Origin: Pseudomonadota bacterium
Lineage (GTDB): Bacteria; Pseudomonadota; Gammaproteobacteria; UBA12402
NCBI GenBank assembly: GCA_039190005.1
Contig: JBCCYM010000005.1
Coordinates: forward strand, 1-55,940
DNA length: 55,940 nt
Reading direction: 5' to 3'
Part shown: positions 29,305-38,782 of the stretch, piece by piece
How the letters are laid out: every line of letters begins with the position of its first letter
Position numbering within the stretch: the stretch's first letter is position 1
Notes under the pieces: model-generated
The model's database searches: none
Told to the model about the DNA's origin: nothing
The model's input: only the letters and a program-made list of their open reading frames with translations
Position numbers and translations under genes: made by a program

Positions 29305-29418
29305 TTTAATCCCTAATTAAATTTCTAATTTGATTAAATTGAATTATATAGCTATTTCAAAAATAAACCAAATGCTATGAGGTAGGTGTTGAATAAAACT
29401 AACTCGCACTTTTCCCCT

Positions 29419-29503
29419 TCATTCCCGCGAAGGCGGGAATCCAGAGAACAAACCACAGGCATAAACATTTTTCTCCTGGATTCCCGCCTTCGCGGGAATG
29501 ACG
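29419..29503. repeat. Family-B REP doublet (CGTCATTCCCGCGAAGGCGGGAATCC type, REPIN-like)
   Basis: 26-bp perfect inverted arms at 29419-29444 and 29476-29501, each containing ATTCCC-N8-GGGAAT. Confidence 0.92.
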
Positions 29504-29520
29504 AGATGACTTTAAGTAAG

Positions 29521-29558
29521 ATAAACAAAAAGCCCTCAGTTGAGGGCTTTTTGTTTAT
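29521..29558. terminator. Bidirectional Rho-independent terminator
   Basis: Perfect 18-bp inverted repeat ATAAACAAAAAGCCCTCA-GT-TGAGGGCTTTTTGTTTAT. Confidence 0.88.
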
Positions 29559-29667
29559 ACCTTATTTTGTTTAACTTACATAACCGTCTTCAGTTTTATT
29601 ATAGAACAAAATTTTAATATTGCTGGAATAAATTAAAATATTTCAAACTTAATCTTTCATCAAGCTG

Positions 29668-30789
29668 TTATTGCTCACTATCTGAAAAATAAATACCGCC
29701 TAATACGGCTGATTGTCGGCTACCGGTAATAGCTGTTAAATCAATTTTTGACTTGGAAAGTGTTTGTGCCGCAAACCAGGCAAATGCCATGGCTTCGACA
29801 GCATCTGGATCAACACCATAGTCGGCTATACTTTTTACCGAACAAGGGGATAAATAATGTTGTAACAATGACATAAGATGATTATTGTAAACACCACCAC
29901 CGGAGATGACTACTTCAATTTCTGTCCCAACATAGTTATGAATTGCTTTTGCTATCGACAATGCCGTTAATGCGGTTAAGCTTGCTTGCACATCTTGTGG
30001 TGATAATTTCTCATCGGTTTGATCTAAATAACGTGATAAGTAATTAAGATTAAAGTATTCACGACCTGTGCTTTTTGGTGGTGAACGCTTAAAATAACTA
30101 TCGTCTAAAAACTGCTGCAATAATTTATCATTCATTTTACCACTCGCTGCCCAAGTGCCATCTTTATCAAAATACCCTTCATGATGTTGATGATACCAGC
30201 TATCTAATAACACATTACCCGGACCACTATCAAAGCCTAAAATAGGCTGCTGCGGATCGGTTGGTAAATAAGTAATATTAGCCATACCGCCAATATTTAC
30301 CACAGCATACGCTTGGTCATGACCAAGCAATTGACGATGAAAAACCGGTGCCAGTGGCGCGCCCTGACCACCATAAACAAGGTCTTTACGGCGAAAATCA
30401 GCAACTGTAGTAATACCAGTTAATGCCGCGATAGTATTTGGGTCACCTATTTGCGTGGTAAATGGTATATCATTATCCGGATAGTGTCTTACTGTTTGCC
30501 CGTGACTACCGATCGCGTGAATATCACCGGCAGTTATGCCAGATTGATTTAATATAGTATTTACAGCTTCCGCAAATAATCGTCCCAATAAAACATCGGT
30601 ACGCGCTAAATCTTCAATCGCTGCGGTACCGTGGCTTAATGCTAATACAGATTGTCGTAACGATGATGGAAAAGGATGCGTGTGTGTGGCAACACAATCT
30701 ATTTTATCTTTTAAGTCAATAATAGCGACATCAACGGCATCAACGCTCGTGCCAGATATAATACCCATGTAATATTGTTTATTTACCAT
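29668..30789 (-). CDS. anmK: Anhydro-N-acetylmuramic acid kinase
   Basis: SGTSVD, GSHGQT, DFRRKD, GGQGAPL, FDSGPGN and PPKSTGRE. Confidence 0.97.
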   Translation of the reverse strand: MVNKQYYMGIISGTSVDAVDVAIIDLKDKIDCVATHTHPFPSSLRQSVLALSHGTAAIEDLARTDVLLGRLFAEAVNTILNQSGITAGDIHAIGSHGQTVRHYPDNDIPFTTQIGDPNTIAALTGITTVADFRRKDLVYGGQGAPLAPVFHRQLLGHDQAYAVVNIGGMANITYLPTDPQQPILGFDSGPGNVLLDSWYHQHHEGYFDKDGTWAASGKMNDKLLQQFLDDSYFKRSPPKSTGREYFNLNYLSRYLDQTDEKLSPQDVQASLTALTALSIAKAIHNYVGTEIEVVISGGGVYNNHLMSLLQHYLSPCSVKSIADYGVDPDAVEAMAFAWFAAQTLSKSKIDLTAITGSRQSAVLGGIYFSDSEQ

Positions 30790-30794
30790 GAAAT

Positions 30795-32072
30795 TTAATC
30801 CACCATCTGCAAAGCACGATCTACTGCTGTAATTGTCTGTTCAATCACTGCGTCATCATGCACCGCTGATATAAAACAAGCTTCGTAGGCTGATGGCGGA
30901 AGATAAATCCCCTGCTCTAGCATGGCATGAAAAAATCGCGCAAACCGCTTGTTATCACAGGCTTTAATATCATTGTAATTCGTCAACATTTTTTCACCAA
31001 ACCAGAAACCGAGCATGCCACCTTCAACCCGACCATTCATGGCAATGCCGTAATGTTTGGCACGATCTAATATGCCCTGAATTAATTTTTCGCCTTGCTC
31101 AGTCAAACGTTGATGAAAATTGGCGTCGGCACTAATCAACTGCAATGTTTTTAATCCGGCAGCCATTGCCACCGGATTTCCCGACAGTGTGCCAGCTTGA
31201 TAAACCGGTCCCACTGGTGCGAGAATATTCATTATTTCACGACGCCCCCCCACGGCGCCAACCGGCATCCCGCCTCCGATAATCTTACCCAAGGTGGTAA
31301 TATCCGGGGTAAAGTTATATTTCTCCTGCGCGCCACCAAGCGCTACACGAAAACCGGTCATCACTTCATCAGCTATCAATAGACTGCCATGAGTATCACA
31401 TAATTTTCTTAGACCCGATAAAAAATTTGCTTGAGGCGCGATACAGTTAGCATTACCCACCACCGGTTCAAAAATAACCGCGGCAATGTCATCGCCATAC
31501 TCGGCAAATAAGGCGTTTACCTGATCTAGATCATTGTATTCAGCAACCAAGGTATGCTTAACCACATCTTCAGGCACACCAGCCGAACCCGGCAAACCCA
31601 AGGTTGCCACACCCGAACCGGCTTTAACCAACAGACTGTCTTCATGACCATGATAGCAACCATTAAATTTAATAATTTTATTCCGCCCGGTATAACCACG
31701 CGCTACGCGCAGCGCCGTCATAGTTGCTTCAGTCCCGGAGTTAGTAAAACGAATCCGTTCAATAGATGGCATCAAACTGATGACTTTTTCTGCCATATCA
31801 ATTTCACGTTCGGTGGCGGCACCAAAACTTAAACCCTGCGTGGCAACTTGTTGAACTTCGGCAATAATCTGCGGATGGGCATGACCAAGTATCATTGGCC
31901 CCCAAGAACCAACGTAATCAATATAACAACGGTCATTGTGATCATAAATATAAGGACCGCTGGCTCGCTTTATGAATACAGGCGTACCGCCCACGGCACT
32001 GAAACTACGTACCGGTGAATTCACACCACCAACAATACTTTTTTTGGCTCTGTCAAAAAGAAAATTAGTCAC
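30795..32072 (-). CDS. hemL: Glutamate-1-semialdehyde 2,1-aminomutase
   Basis: GGVNSPVR, NSGTEA, DEVMTGFR, GKIIGGG and YQAGTLSGNP. Confidence 0.98.
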   Translation of the reverse strand: MTNFLFDRAKKSIVGGVNSPVRSFSAVGGTPVFIKRASGPYIYDHNDRCYIDYVGSWGPMILGHAHPQIIAEVQQVATQGLSFGAATEREIDMAEKVISLMPSIERIRFTNSGTEATMTALRVARGYTGRNKIIKFNGCYHGHEDSLLVKAGSGVATLGLPGSAGVPEDVVKHTLVAEYNDLDQVNALFAEYGDDIAAVIFEPVVGNANCIAPQANFLSGLRKLCDTHGSLLIADEVMTGFRVALGGAQEKYNFTPDITTLGKIIGGGMPVGAVGGRREIMNILAPVGPVYQAGTLSGNPVAMAAGLKTLQLISADANFHQRLTEQGEKLIQGILDRAKHYGIAMNGRVEGGMLGFWFGEKMLTNYNDIKACDNKRFARFFHAMLEQGIYLPPSAYEACFISAVHDDAVIEQTITAVDRALQMVD

Positions 32073-32100
32073 AATTTTAATTCATTTATCGCTAATTCTC

Positions 32101-32227
32101 CGTCATTCCCGCGTCCCTTCGACAAGCTCAGGGTACAATCCGGAGAAAAAACTACAGGCACAAACATGTTGCTCCTCGATTTTATCCTCAGCTTGCCGAA
32201 GGACCCTGCCTGCGCGTGGGAATGACG
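32101..32227. repeat. Family-B doublet with a family-A unit in each arm (hybrid element)
   Basis: CGTCATTCCCGCG and GGGAATGACG ends; spacer homologous to that of 29419-29503; A units at 32115-32133 and 32185-32203. Confidence 0.88.
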
Positions 32228-32239
32228 AGGCATTTTTCA

Positions 32240-34168
32240 TCAGTGAAAAATATCTAACAATCGACCAGGAAGACTTTTTTCGCCTTCGCCACCAATAATT
32301 TTCTTACCGACATCTTGAACATTGGGCACCAGCAATTTCAACACCGCTTTATAATCAGGTTGAAAACTGAGCTTATCAAAAGTACCGTTTATTTTTACCG
32401 GCAATGATGGTGACGAGGATGAACTCTTAGCGCCCTTGACATTGATGAGCATATCAACGGTTTGTCTAGGCAAATTAACCTGTCCACCACCTTTAACATG
32501 GACCAAGGATGAAAGCAGACTCAAATTATCAGAAGACACCACACCTTGTCGAATCGGACCACTACCTGTTAAACTTGCGAATACAGTATCATTACCGGTT
32601 TTCTTGGGCGGCAAGCTTTTATTTTTCAATGCCTCAAGCACTTTTAAGTAATAAGCGATATTGACACCACGCATGACACCATTATTGACAGCAAAGGCAA
32701 AATTACCATTCATGTTGCTTAATATCGCTTGTTGATCAAAACCACTGCTATTTACTTTGACTTCAGCGTTTGCCGTACCCGACAGGCGGTTGAATTTATA
32801 CATATCATTAAGCAATGGCTGCACTTGCACACCTTTGAGTTTCTCATCAATACTCATTTTAGGTGTATTCCCGCGCGCGTCAAACTGTATAGACCCCTGA
32901 TACTGCCCCTGATAAAGGTTCGCGCTCAAAGGCGATATACTGATTAAACCATTATTGGCTTTAATCGTGGCGTTAACATTCTGCATCTTCGCTTTCATCG
33001 CGATCAATTGTTTGATGCTAATCTTACCATTGATGGTTAATTCTCTTAAACGTTGCAACAATTCTTGATTATCGTTAGCAGCGTTACCTGTTGTTGTGGA
33101 TCGCGCGGTCGATTGCGCTGTTGATCGATTCGCGGTGACTGTTTGTTTTTTAGAGGCTGTTGCCGAGTCATTGCTCATGTTTTTCATCCACTCAATATAG
33201 GGATCAAGATCGAGCTTATCAGACGCGAGATTAAATACGATATTCGGTCGTTTAAAATTCTTCACATCTAAATTACCGGTTACTTTATCTTGATTTAATG
33301 TCATGACCAAATCACTGATGTTCAAACTATCGGCTGTCATCACAATATCGCCCTCGATCGTGGCGCTCATTTTACCTTGAGGCAACTGTTTCCCCTGCCA
33401 GTTACTGGTAATTTTAACGGCTTTAAACGCGTGCTCATTTGTGTGTGGACTAATTTTTGCCTGCGCTTGGAAATTTATCGTCCCTGTTAAGGGTGGCTGA
33501 CTGCTATTAATGGCCAAAGAACCATTAATCGGGAACATTTGATCGCTCTCTATGTTTTTAGCGTTGAGGGCTAAATTTTTTATTGACGCGTACTGATTAT
33601 TTTGTAAATCACTCCAGTTAACCGTCACATTTTCCGCATTCAGTGCCGGTATCGAAAAATCAAATTTCTTCGCGCCGCCCGCTGATGTCGCGTTAGCGTC
33701 GTCTTTTGTTTCCTGCTTCTCGGTTTTCTGATCCACTGACGCCGATGTTTGTTCAAAGGCGGTAGACGCTGGGGGCTGCATGGTCCAATTATTTTTACCA
33801 GCTTTATCGCGCATTAAATTGACGGTTAAATCATTGACAGTAATTGTCGATGTATCCAGTTTACCTGATATTAAAGGTAAAAGTTTAATCCCCACGCCAG
33901 CATGTTTGAGGGTAATAAACGGTTTTTCGCCAAAACCTGGCGCGTTACTCAGTACAGCATCATTAATTTTGACACTGAAAGGAAATAAAGACCATTTTAA
34001 ATCGCCTTTTAATTGCAGCGTTCGCCCGGTAAGTTGATACACTTGTTTGCTGATGGTTGGCTTAAATCGGTTTGGATTAATGGTATTGATCAGCACAATA
34101 AAGGCGATAATCGCGATAATAATCAGGGCAATAATAGTATAAATGAGGTATTTGATGGCTTTTAACAT
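32240..34168 (-). CDS. asmA: AsmA family protein
   Basis: N-terminal TM followed by NPNRFK..I...V...TGR.L...G; beta-rich body; C-terminal LPVKINGT. Confidence 0.88.
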   Translation of the reverse strand: MLKAIKYLIYTIIALIIIAIIAFIVLINTINPNRFKPTISKQVYQLTGRTLQLKGDLKWSLFPFSVKINDAVLSNAPGFGEKPFITLKHAGVGIKLLPLISGKLDTSTITVNDLTVNLMRDKAGKNNWTMQPPASTAFEQTSASVDQKTEKQETKDDANATSAGGAKKFDFSIPALNAENVTVNWSDLQNNQYASIKNLALNAKNIESDQMFPINGSLAINSSQPPLTGTINFQAQAKISPHTNEHAFKAVKITSNWQGKQLPQGKMSATIEGDIVMTADSLNISDLVMTLNQDKVTGNLDVKNFKRPNIVFNLASDKLDLDPYIEWMKNMSNDSATASKKQTVTANRSTAQSTARSTTTGNAANDNQELLQRLRELTINGKISIKQLIAMKAKMQNVNATIKANNGLISISPLSANLYQGQYQGSIQFDARGNTPKMSIDEKLKGVQVQPLLNDMYKFNRLSGTANAEVKVNSSGFDQQAILSNMNGNFAFAVNNGVMRGVNIAYYLKVLEALKNKSLPPKKTGNDTVFASLTGSGPIRQGVVSSDNLSLLSSLVHVKGGGQVNLPRQTVDMLINVKGAKSSSSSPSLPVKINGTFDKLSFQPDYKAVLKLLVPNVQDVGKKIIGGEGEKSLPGRLLDIFH

Positions 34169-34244
34169 AATCCAATGTTCCTAAATTAACAGTACTGAGT
34201 GTTATTTTATTGCGGTTTGTAATTATTGCAAGTGTTTTTCACGT

Positions 34245-34931
34245 TTAGGCGCGCGCGCAGCTCCATACCTGCACAATCTCCGCGCCCGCCTGACGCAATA
34301 CCCGACTGAGCTCATTTACCGTATGACCGGTAGTCACCACATCATCAATAATCGCAACATGCGCTGGTATGGGATCGACAACAGCAAACGCGCCTTTGAT
34401 ATTGGCATGACGTCGCTTGGCAGCGAGTGTGGATTGCGCTTGAGTGTCACGTATCCGCCGGCAACCATGACGATTTACCGGAATATCCAAGTATTTTCCT
34501 AAGGGCGCTGCGATTTCAATGGCTTGATTAAAGCCGCGTTCACATAATCGCCGACGATGTAATGGCACGGGAATAAGGACATCCGGACGTGGTAATCTAC
34601 CGCAAGCCTCACCCATTAAATCAGCCAAAACGCGGCCATACGCCAATTGCCGCTGAAATTTTAAGCGCGTAATCAGTAAAGACATGCGACTTTGATAATG
34701 ACAAAGGGCGAAACTGCTGTCAAAATAAGGCATACGTTTTAAGCAATCTGGACAGAGTAATTTTTCAGCACTGTCAATAGTTATCGGATTAGCGCAGCGA
34801 TAGCAAGCCGATTTTAAATAAGGCAGCGCGTCACGGCAATTGACGCATAAGTCCATTGATTGCCCACTGCGCTCCCGACACAGCAGACAGTAATGGGGGA
34901 AAAATAGTTTTTGTATAATATTAGTCATCAT
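34245..34931 (-). CDS. comF: ComF/GntX family protein
   Basis: Double zinc finger, PVPLH..R..ERGFNQ and IIDDVVTTG. Confidence 0.93.
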   Translation of the reverse strand: MMTNIIQKLFFPHYCLLCRERSGQSMDLCVNCRDALPYLKSACYRCANPITIDSAEKLLCPDCLKRMPYFDSSFALCHYQSRMSLLITRLKFQRQLAYGRVLADLMGEACGRLPRPDVLIPVPLHRRRLCERGFNQAIEIAAPLGKYLDIPVNRHGCRRIRDTQAQSTLAAKRRHANIKGAFAVVDPIPAHVAIIDDVVTTGHTVNELSRVLRQAGAEIVQVWSCARA

Positions 34932-34937
34932 AAGCTT

Positions 34938-35714
34938 GTGAAACAGAAAAAATACGATCAGAAATCAGCATTAATTGGAACATTCGCGCGTGTGGCAGAT
35001 GATTATAATCAATCTGTGTATTTAGCGCAAGTCAGCGCTGAAGCGATGATTGATCGATTAAAACTGATGATAACCACGCCGGATACTATTCTTGACATCG
35101 GCTGTGGCACCGGTATATTTGCCCAAAAACTGCAACAGCACTATCCCCAAGCTTTGATTATCGGCCTTGATATCTGCCATAATATGCTTGAAAACACGGT
35201 GATGACGCAACCGCTATCACTGGTTGCTAATGCCTGCTTCGTACCGGTAAAAAGTGACTATTTTGATTTAATCACCATCAATTTAGGGTTATACTGGGGC
35301 GACTTTGAACCAATTATTGCTGAATGTTCACGGTTATTAAAAGTAAACGGCTTACTACTGTTTTCAACACTCGGCCCGGACACCTTAAAAGAAGTTCGAC
35401 AAGCTTATCATCGACACTATTTGATAGACATGCATCATCTGGGCGATCAACTGTTACAGCTTGGTTTTACCGACCCGGTGATGGAGACTGAACAATTACA
35501 GTTTGAATATCACAATAAACAGCTGCTACAGCGAGAATATCAAGCTTTGGGTTTACAACATTTGATCCAATTAAATGATACAATAGAAAATCAATCGACG
35601 GTGACATTTGAAATGATTTATGGACACGCTTGGCGAAAATTACCCCCCGTCCAGCAGGACCAAATTACGATTCCATTATCCAGTATTCGCAAAAAAAGCG
35701 AGTATGGTTTCTAA
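34938..35714 (+). CDS. bioC: BioC-like SAM-dependent methyltransferase
   Basis: LDIGCGTG, FSTLGPDTLKE, DMHHLGD and GFTDPVM; GTG start inferred. Confidence 0.8.
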   Translation: MKQKKYDQKSALIGTFARVADDYNQSVYLAQVSAEAMIDRLKLMITTPDTILDIGCGTGIFAQKLQQHYPQALIIGLDICHNMLENTVMTQPLSLVANACFVPVKSDYFDLITINLGLYWGDFEPIIAECSRLLKVNGLLLFSTLGPDTLKEVRQAYHRHYLIDMHHLGDQLLQLGFTDPVMETEQLQFEYHNKQLLQREYQALGLQHLIQLNDTIENQSTVTFEMIYGHAWRKLPPVQQDQITIPLSSIRKKSEYGF

Positions 35715-36888
35715 CGATACGGATCATTTGCCCGTGAAAGCCACTAAAAAAGCAAAACTATTACTATTGACCAGCAATGGCGGCGCTGGTCAGCAGTCTA
35801 TCACGCAAGCTATTCTAGAATATTTTAATGAAAAATATGAAATTGAAACCTTTAATGTCACCGTTGATCTGATAAAAGGCAAAGACCCGCTTTCAACTAT
35901 TAAACCCGAATTAAACACGGAAGTCGTTTATAATTGGCTTATTCGCAAAAATCATTTCTGGTTGTTAAATAAATTTGTAAAACTGGGCGGATTATTATTC
36001 CGTTCAATACTCAAAAAAAGAATGATCGCTGCTTTTGCTGATCTTTATCGTGACCGCCAACCGGATATGATTATCTCATTAGTCGCTTTCTATAACGCTT
36101 ATGCGCTCGCGGCCATCACAACATGTCCTTTTGTGCTTGTCAGCTGTGATTTAGACGCGCGTAATTATTTCCACAATTACCGGCTATTTAAAATTGATAA
36201 TCTGTACTGCGCCTTTGCCATAAAAACACCTGAATTACAACGCTATTTAAACAAGATACAGTTCCCACCATCACAACAATACTTTCTCGGCTACCCACTG
36301 CGACAATCATTTTTAAATAGCAACCATCAACCGAGAAAAATAGATCGCCATAAACAAATTATTACCTTGATGCTAGGTGGTCAAGGTTCACATAAAATTA
36401 TACCATACACTAAAATATTGACGCGCCTTCAACATCAGGTCATCCTCAATGTATGTGTGGGGCATAATAAACACATCATAAAAAAACTAAAGAAAATTGT
36501 GACACCTGAACATATAAAAATAAATATCATCGGATTTACTGACAAAATTATCGATATTATGCTCGCCGGTGATTTAATTATCACCAAAACCGGTTCATCC
36601 AGCATCTTTGAAGCCTTATCATTACGCTTACCTATTTTAATGGACTGCACCAGCACGCAACTGGACTGGGAAAAAGAAAATGTTAGATTTGTCATCAACA
36701 ACAAACTCGGCTATAAAATAAAACGCTTAAATAAACTTGTCACACTGTTAACCTGTTTATTTGAAACACCACATCGCCTGGCGCAGATTAAACAAAATTA
36801 TGGGGCACTGTCTTTCCCTCAATTTTTACCTAATTTCGATCGTTTACTAACAAAAATTACCAAACAAATTGACACACATGAATATTAA
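35704..36888 (+). CDS. GT28 MGDG-synthase/UgtP-like glycosyltransferase
   Basis: TSNGGAG, PDMIIS, GYPLR, LGGQG, IGFT, DLIITKTG..IFEA and WEKEN; ATG at 35704 preferred. Confidence 0.8.
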   Translation: MVSNDTDHLPVKATKKAKLLLLTSNGGAGQQSITQAILEYFNEKYEIETFNVTVDLIKGKDPLSTIKPELNTEVVYNWLIRKNHFWLLNKFVKLGGLLFRSILKKRMIAAFADLYRDRQPDMIISLVAFYNAYALAAITTCPFVLVSCDLDARNYFHNYRLFKIDNLYCAFAIKTPELQRYLNKIQFPPSQQYFLGYPLRQSFLNSNHQPRKIDRHKQIITLMLGGQGSHKIIPYTKILTRLQHQVILNVCVGHNKHIIKKLKKIVTPEHIKINIIGFTDKIIDIMLAGDLIITKTGSSSIFEALSLRLPILMDCTSTQLDWEKENVRFVINNKLGYKIKRLNKLVTLLTCLFETPHRLAQIKQNYGALSFPQFLPNFDRLLTKITKQIDTHEY

Positions 36889-37903
36889 AATACATACCAT
36901 CGTATTTCTTTATCGACTACTGTGTAACCGTGTTGATAAAACGATTAAGCGCGAAACAATCACAATTATGCAAACAGATGGCAGTGAACTCATTTTTGAT
37001 CACTATCACCCCCATCAGACGCCATTGGCAACCATTGTATTTATGCATGGCATGAGCCGACCAGCCAATCGAGAACCAGTTCTTATTAAAATCTCCCGAA
37101 TATTGGCATCAATGGGCTACCAAGTATTAGCGCCACTTTATGAAGATATTAAAAATTTTAATTTAAGCACAAAATCTATTAAGGACATTCATCAAAGCTT
37201 GGTGACCTTTATTAATCATCATTATTGCACCAATAATAAGCTGAGTATTTTTACCGCGTCATTTTCCGGTTGTCACGCGCTACGCGCTATTGCTAATAGT
37301 GACATCCGCGATCACATTAATTGTCTGTTACTCTTGGGCTCGCCCTACCGTTACTATTCAACGCTATTATTTACCTTTGGCGAGAACAAAAAAATTGACT
37401 GGTTTTCCCGTCTATTATGTCTACGCAGTATGTTGTTGCACCAAAATACTATTGATCCTGAACTTGACGCGGCGTTAAATGCCGTTATTGATTATTTACA
37501 TGATCACAACAGCTTAAAGCGGATAAAAAAATTTGCTGAACATCTCAGCGATGAAAACGCGCGTTTATTTTGTAACTATATCGACTTAATTCAGCAACCT
37601 CATCGTTTTCTGCGAACCTATCAACACATTGTTGATGAAATGGACGCGGCACTGGAACAATCGGGGGACATTAGCAATGTAAAAGCTGCCGTTCTCATTA
37701 TTCACGGTATTTATGATAATACCATCCCTTGCTCTGAGAGCGAAAAACTCTTTGAAAAACTCTCCGCTAATCATACTGATGTGATGCTGGTGAAAACAAC
37801 AATGCTGAGTCATGTTACTCGTAAATTCTCGCTAAGTTTATTGAAACAAGGTAATCTATTGTTCAACAGTTTTCAGTATTTTTTTAAGAATGTTTTGCGA
37901 TGA
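36878..37903 (+). CDS. Alpha/beta hydrolase
   Basis: FMHGMS, ASFSG nucleophile elbow, IHGIYDNTIP and LSH. Confidence 0.8.
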   Translation: MNIKIHTIVFLYRLLCNRVDKTIKRETITIMQTDGSELIFDHYHPHQTPLATIVFMHGMSRPANREPVLIKISRILASMGYQVLAPLYEDIKNFNLSTKSIKDIHQSLVTFINHHYCTNNKLSIFTASFSGCHALRAIANSDIRDHINCLLLLGSPYRYYSTLLFTFGENKKIDWFSRLLCLRSMLLHQNTIDPELDAALNAVIDYLHDHNSLKRIKKFAEHLSDENARLFCNYIDLIQQPHRFLRTYQHIVDEMDAALEQSGDISNVKAAVLIIHGIYDNTIPCSESEKLFEKLSANHTDVMLVKTTMLSHVTRKFSLSLLKQGNLLFNSFQYFFKNVLR

Positions 37904-37932
37904 GCATAAACAAAAGTTATTAGGATAAAATT

Positions 37933-38391
37933 TTGATTATACATATTTCTATTCCAGCCGATAATCCGGCCCATGTTGCTGAGGTACTGGCAGAGTTAGT
38001 ACAAGGCACTTGTAAACCATTAAACTGGTGTCCAGGTGGTTATATGGTATTCACTGATGATAATTACAGTACCGGCATCGAGATTTTGCCAAATAATATT
38101 GTATTCATGCCCGGCGCAACCGCGAATCAAACACTCCGGATTATTCGCTCTGAACAACAAACAACTCAATATAGCGGCATACATTTTCTGCTGACGATAA
38201 ACAGTTCTTACGAAAAAATTTTCGCGATCGCAAAACGTGTGGGTTGGCAAGCTGTACGCAAACGCAGTTTAGGCGTTGTTGAGATGGTAGAATTTTGGAT
38301 AGAAAATAAAACAATGGTGGAAATTGTATTAGCTACTGAAGAAAGGAAAACCATTAAAGCGTTAAGCAGTGAAGCCTATCAGGGGTGCTGA
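37933..38391 (+). CDS. Hypothetical VOC/glyoxalase-like protein
   Basis: HISIPA.NP.HVAEVLAE and VEFWIEN..MVE pattern; TTG start after AGGA. Confidence 0.6.
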   Translation: MIIHISIPADNPAHVAEVLAELVQGTCKPLNWCPGGYMVFTDDNYSTGIEILPNNIVFMPGATANQTLRIIRSEQQTTQYSGIHFLLTINSSYEKIFAIAKRVGWQAVRKRSLGVVEMVEFWIENKTMVEIVLATEERKTIKALSSEAYQGC

Positions 38392-38435
38392 AAAAATTCT
38401 CCATAGCCATTCTCACTTTCGTGAGAATAATTAAC

Positions 38436-38723
38436 TCAACCATTGATAACTGCTTCAAAAGTTCGAGAATATTTATTCGCTTCAAATTGAACTACTTTGT
38501 AGTCCGCGATTTCTTGGCAATAAAATGGATCTTCTTTGATGATCCGCATCATATTGTCTTTATCAGTCATCGCTAAAATAATCCCTCCATCACGAGGATA
38601 CTTAGGACCCGAAGCAATAAAAATACCCTGACTATAATAGTTATCCAGGAATTTTCGGTGTTCTTCTAAAAACTTGTTTACTTCATCTAGAGACTTTTTA
38701 TAGGTTAGTTCGGCTATAATCAT
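38436..38723 (-). CDS. YciI family protein
   Basis: EHRKFL, ASGPK.PRDGG and EDPF. Confidence 0.88.
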   Translation of the reverse strand: MIIAELTYKKSLDEVNKFLEEHRKFLDNYYSQGIFIASGPKYPRDGGIILAMTDKDNMMRIIKEDPFYCQEIADYKVVQFEANKYSRTFEAVING

Positions 38724-38782
38724 AGTTATACACATCCTATCTTATTTATTATAAATTATAATGTTAGCACGTATCAATCAAC

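Noticed and set aside
29421-29440. Neisseria dRS3 element or phage attachment site
   Set aside because: It fits ATTCCC-N8-GGGAAT, but this pattern is shared by widespread CGTC-type REPs and no phage genes are present.
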